Assembly: GCA_964385015.1 (NCBI GenBank)
Contig: CAYLLS010000001.1
Span: forward strand, 101,918-165,917
Reading direction: 5' to 3'
DNA length: 64,000 nt
Source: an uncultured Myxococcales bacterium
GTDB lineage: Bacteria > Myxococcota > UBA727 > JABDBI01
Shown here: positions 60,923 to 64,000 of the stretch, in pieces
Layout of the letters: every line of letters begins with the position of its first letter
Position numbering within the stretch: the stretch's first letter is position 1
Made by a program: the position numbers and the translations under genes
The notes under the pieces: model-generated
The model's database searches: none
What the model saw: the letters and a program-made list of their open reading frames with translations, nothing else
What the model was told of the DNA's origin: nothing

Positions 60923-61498
60923 TTAATGCATATACTTAAATAAATTATTATTAATAATACATTTAATTGGTTGTTTTAATGCAATATTTGTAGCCATTAA
61001 TCCTCTATTTAATGCTGTTTCTTCTATCCAAATTCTCAATATTATTAATTTTATAATAATATTTAATGATGTATTATTGTGTTGCATATAAAATTCTAAT
61101 TGAAAATTTTTTATTTTAGTATGACATATAATAAAAGTAAAATTTAATATATTAATAACTTTAATTATATTTTTTAAATATTCTGAGAATAAATGCATAT
61201 TTTCTATGTTTGATGAGTTATCAGTGTTGTTTACATGTATGCTATTATTTAATGATGATAATGAAAATGTATAAACGAAATAATTATTTGTTGCTTGTAT
61301 TGTATTTATATTTTTAATGTCATTTTTATTAAATGCAACGATTATGGGAAATATTAATTCTGGTAGCATTATAGCTTTTAAATAATATTTCAATGTTATA
61401 TTATATTTATGAATAACTATTTTTTTTATATATTGATTTGCTAAAATGCTATTTAATTGTTGATTATTATCAAACCATAACCATTTATGTATTTTCAT
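60923..61498 (-). CDS. Hypothetical protein, no recognisable motif
   Basis: 191-aa ORF convergent with tatA; its start overlaps the last 14 nt of the upstream acyl-CoA dehydrogenase gene, suggesting co-transcription. Confidence 0.35.
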   Translation of the reverse strand: MKIHKWLWFDNNQQLNSILANQYIKKIVIHKYNITLKYYLKAIMLPELIFPIIVAFNKNDIKNINTIQATNNYFVYTFSLSSLNNSIHVNNTDNSSNIENMHLFSEYLKNIIKVINILNFTFIICHTKIKNFQLEFYMQHNNTSLNIIIKLIILRIWIEETALNRGLMATNIALKQPIKCIINNNLFKYMH

Positions 61499-62663
61499 TG
61501 TTGTAGTGGTTTTTAAATAATTGACTAGAAATGATTATTTTTTGAATTTGACTTGTGCCTTCATAAATTTGTAAGATTTTAGCATCTCTCATGAGTTTTT
61601 CTACTGGATATTCTTTATTATATCCATTGCCACCAAAAATTTGCACGGCATCTGTTGTAATTTGCATAGTAATATCAGCACAAAATCTTTTAGCATGTGC
61701 TGCATATATTGTATTATTTTTATTTTGGTCTAAGATTGCAGCTGCTTTCCATGTTAGTAATCTACCAGCTTCAATATTTGATGACATATCTGCTATCATA
61801 AAACTTATAGATTGATGTTGATATAAAAATTTTCCAAATGTTTTTCTTTCTTTTGCATATTTTATTGAATATTCCATAGCTGATTTAGCTAAGCCGATGG
61901 CAGACGCAGACACTAAAGGTCTAGTATGATTAAAAGTTTGCATGGCTATTTTAAATCCATCGCCTTCTTTGCCTAAAAGATTATCATGTTTTATTTTAAC
62001 ATTGTTAAATAATATAGATCTTGTATCTGATGCTCTTTGACCCATATTATCTTCTTTTTTACCAATAGTGATTCCTGTTAAATTATTTGGGACAATAAAT
62101 GCGCTTAAACTTTTATGTGATGTTGTAGTCGCATTTGTTTTCGCTAAGACTATAAACCATTTGGCGTAACCTGCACCTGTGATCCATATTTTCTCTCCAT
62201 TTAATAAATAATGGTCATTTTTTTTGATTGCTGTTGTTTTTAATTGAGCTACATCAGAACCAGCCGATGGTTCTGTTACAGCATAAGAACATATTATATG
62301 TTGTTTTGAAAAAGGAGTAAGCCATTTTTGTTTTTGTTTATTGTTGCCAAATAAAATGATAGGAGTTTGAGCTAGTAAATTTGCTGTCATAGCTGTAGCA
62401 ATTCCACTGCATCCCCATCCGATTTCTTCTGTAACAATAGCAGAATTAATATTGTTAAGTTCTGATCCATTGTAAGTTTGTGGAATTTGGAAATTCATGA
62501 GTCCTAAACTCCATGCTTTTTGAAGAATTTCATTAGGCCAATTACTTGTATTGTCAAAAAATTTACATTGTGGCCTTATTTCATTTTTAGCAAAATCGTG
62601 AGCTAATTTTTTTAATGTTAGTTGTTCTTTAGTTAAATTAAAATTTATCATATTATACCTCAT
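61485..62663 (-). CDS. Medium-chain-type acyl-CoA dehydrogenase
   Basis: 392 aa; AWSLGLMNFQIPQTYNGSELN, catalytic-base region YEGTSQIQKIIIS, FAD-binding GGNGYNKEYPVEKLMRDAKI; closest in pattern to MCAD-like ACADs. Confidence 0.75.
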   Translation of the reverse strand: MRYNMINFNLTKEQLTLKKLAHDFAKNEIRPQCKFFDNTSNWPNEILQKAWSLGLMNFQIPQTYNGSELNNINSAIVTEEIGWGCSGIATAMTANLLAQTPIILFGNNKQKQKWLTPFSKQHIICSYAVTEPSAGSDVAQLKTTAIKKNDHYLLNGEKIWITGAGYAKWFIVLAKTNATTTSHKSLSAFIVPNNLTGITIGKKEDNMGQRASDTRSILFNNVKIKHDNLLGKEGDGFKIAMQTFNHTRPLVSASAIGLAKSAMEYSIKYAKERKTFGKFLYQHQSISFMIADMSSNIEAGRLLTWKAAAILDQNKNNTIYAAHAKRFCADITMQITTDAVQIFGGNGYNKEYPVEKLMRDAKILQIYEGTSQIQKIIISSQLFKNHYNNENT

Positions 62664-62771
62664 TATTTATATAAAATAATTTTATATTTATTTATAATAT
62701 TTTATTATATTATTTAAGCTTTAATTTATTTAATGATATTTTAATTATGTTTGTATTATATCATTATATCA

Positions 62772-63818
62772 TTATATTATCGTGCCTCCTCCTAATAATA
62801 TATTTTTATCATATATGACTGTTGCTTGTCCTGGTGCTATAGCTTCCAAAGGATTTTTAGTTTTAATGTGTAATATCTTATGTTTTGATAATTCCCATAG
62901 AGATAATGTTTTTATCCCATGAGATCTTATTTGTATATATATTTTATTTGGCCATAAATTTATATTTATTATATAATGTACATTACTTAATTTTATAATA
63001 TAAGATTGTAATTGATTTTTATTTCCTAATGTTATTTGTTTATTATTGTAATTAATATTTATAACATACATTTTTTTGTTGTTAAGTAATTTTATTTTCT
63101 TATGTTGTCCTATTGTATATTGATGAATACCATTATGTTTTGAGAGTAGTTTTCCTTTATTATTGATAAAATTGCCATGTAGAATATGATTATTGTTGTT
63201 TACGATAATTTTACTATAATTAATGTTGTTTGTAAAACATATTCCTTGACTATCATGTTTATTATAATTTTTGAAACTAATATATTTAGCTATTTTTCTT
63301 ATAGTATGTTTTTTTAAGTTTCCTATTGGCAAATGCAATATATCTAATGTTTTTTTTGGAATATTGTATAAGTAATAAGTTTGATCTTTTGTTATATCAA
63401 TAGCTCTTTTTAATGTTGTAGTATGTTTATAAGATGTAACTATTGCATAATGTCCGGTAGCTAAATCAGCATTTAATATTTTTGCAATTTTATATAAGTA
63501 TTTAAATTTTAAGAAAAAATTGCAATTTAAACATGGATTAGGAGTTGTGCCATGTATATATGATGCAATAAATGGTTTAATTACTTTTTCCTTAAATATA
63601 TGGTTTGCGTTAATAACATAAAATGGCATATTTAATAAATAGCATACTTCTCTAGCATCTTTTATTGAAAAATGAGAACAACAGGCATTTTGTGTTTCAT
63701 TATTATTTGATATTAAATTTAAAGAAATGCCTATAGGATTATATCCTGATTTTTTTACTAGAAATGCAGCTATTGATGAATCAATACCACCTGACATTGC
63801 AATAATAATATTTTTCAT
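62772..63818 (-). CDS. mnmA: tRNA-specific 2-thiouridylase MnmA
   Basis: 348 aa; PP-loop IAMSGGIDSS, catalytic Cys regions (NPCLNCN; QGICF). Confidence 0.85.
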   Translation of the reverse strand: MKNIIIAMSGGIDSSIAAFLVKKSGYNPIGISLNLISNNNETQNACCSHFSIKDAREVCYLLNMPFYVINANHIFKEKVIKPFIASYIHGTTPNPCLNCNFFLKFKYLYKIAKILNADLATGHYAIVTSYKHTTTLKRAIDITKDQTYYLYNIPKKTLDILHLPIGNLKKHTIRKIAKYISFKNYNKHDSQGICFTNNINYSKIIVNNNNHILHGNFINNKGKLLSKHNGIHQYTIGQHKKIKLLNNKKMYVININYNNKQITLGNKNQLQSYIIKLSNVHYIININLWPNKIYIQIRSHGIKTLSLWELSKHKILHIKTKNPLEAIAPGQATVIYDKNILLGGGTII

Positions 63819-63842
63819 AATTATGATAGATAGTATATCTTA

Positions 63843-64000
63843 TTATATTTTAGGTTTAATTAATCCTGGTCTTAATGGTGGTTTGTTTGGATTATTTTGT
63901 TTATATTTTTTGATAATTTCATTTCTTGGTAGAAAGTTAGTTTTTTTCTTATCAAGCCAATTTCTACTATTTAAATCTATAATTGGCATTATTATAAATA
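63843..64000 (-). CDS. 3' end (C-terminal ~52 codons) of an unidentified gene continuing beyond the window end
   Basis: Reverse-strand reading frame ...MPIIDLNSRNWLDKKKTNFLPRNEIIKKYKQNNPNKPPLRPGLIKPKI*; open to the window edge. Confidence 0.3.
   Translation of the reverse strand, partial: FIIMPIIDLNSRNWLDKKKTNFLPRNEIIKKYKQNNPNKPPLRPGLIKPKI

Noticed and set aside
60906-60935. Short AT hairpin (GTATAT-N13-ATATAC) after tatA as a rho-independent terminator
   Set aside because: The stem is only 6 bp of A/T pairs with a long loop and no clean downstream T-tract; this is indistinguishable from background in ~80% AT DNA.
1-64000. CRISPR arrays, IS elements, integrases, prophage genes, toxin-antitoxin pairs, restriction-modification or other defence systems
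   Set aside because: I looked for direct-repeat/spacer periodicity, transposase (DDE) or recombinase motifs and typical small two-gene cassettes and found none. Every ORF over 60 aa outside the listed genes is antisense noise. The window is fully occupied by housekeeping and catabolic genes.

Overview
The window is extremely AT-rich (roughly 20% GC by eye). Proteins are strongly biased toward Asn, Lys, Ile and Tyr, and genes are densely packed, often with overlapping start and stop codons. It reads as the chromosome of a genome-reduced, host-dependent bacterium using the standard genetic code (TGA is a stop; long proteins such as pnp and mutS are intact).

Gene order is classically proteobacterial:
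- thrS-infC-rpmI-rplT-pheS-pheT
- rpoZ...hslVU
- dnaG-rpoD
- rpsO-pnp
- the tRNA-Gly and initiator tRNA are very E. coli-like.

I could support about 57 protein-coding genes and 4 tRNAs. The protein-coding set includes ftsH (a 5' fragment, missed by the ORF track), tilS, rlmN, rpsU, pnp, the translation cluster, alaS, ftsY and ffh, mutS, bamA, glyA, rpoD, dnaG, prmC, tatA and mnmA.

I found no IS elements, integrases, CRISPR arrays, phage genes, rRNA genes or recognisable toxin-antitoxin or defence genes, so the candidate for an undescribed system is the catabolic gene set described next, not a defence island.

The most unusual content is a catabolic energy-scavenging gene set, unexpected at this level of AT richness and reduction:
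- a co-directional HMG-CoA lyase / short-chain acyl-CoA dehydrogenase / crotonase / thiolase block;
- an unlinked class-II (degradative-type) HMG-CoA reductase;
- a medium-chain acyl-CoA dehydrogenase;
- B12-dependent methylmalonyl-CoA mutase with MeaB and a distant PduO-type adenosyltransferase;
- hutU and hutI;
- an mdh-sdhCAB block encoding a three-subunit type-B succinate dehydrogenase with a single cytochrome b.

Other points of interest:
- three proteins of unknown function (a 507-aa secreted outer-membrane-type protein, a 191-aa ORF beside a solitary tatA, and a Zn-ribbon coiled-coil protein);
- large low-complexity insertions or tails in thrS and ffh;
- a degenerate epimerase half in the Nnr fusion;
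- a 354-nt spacer with a perfect palindrome and a small ORF;
- two non-identical CAT-anticodon tRNAs alongside tilS.
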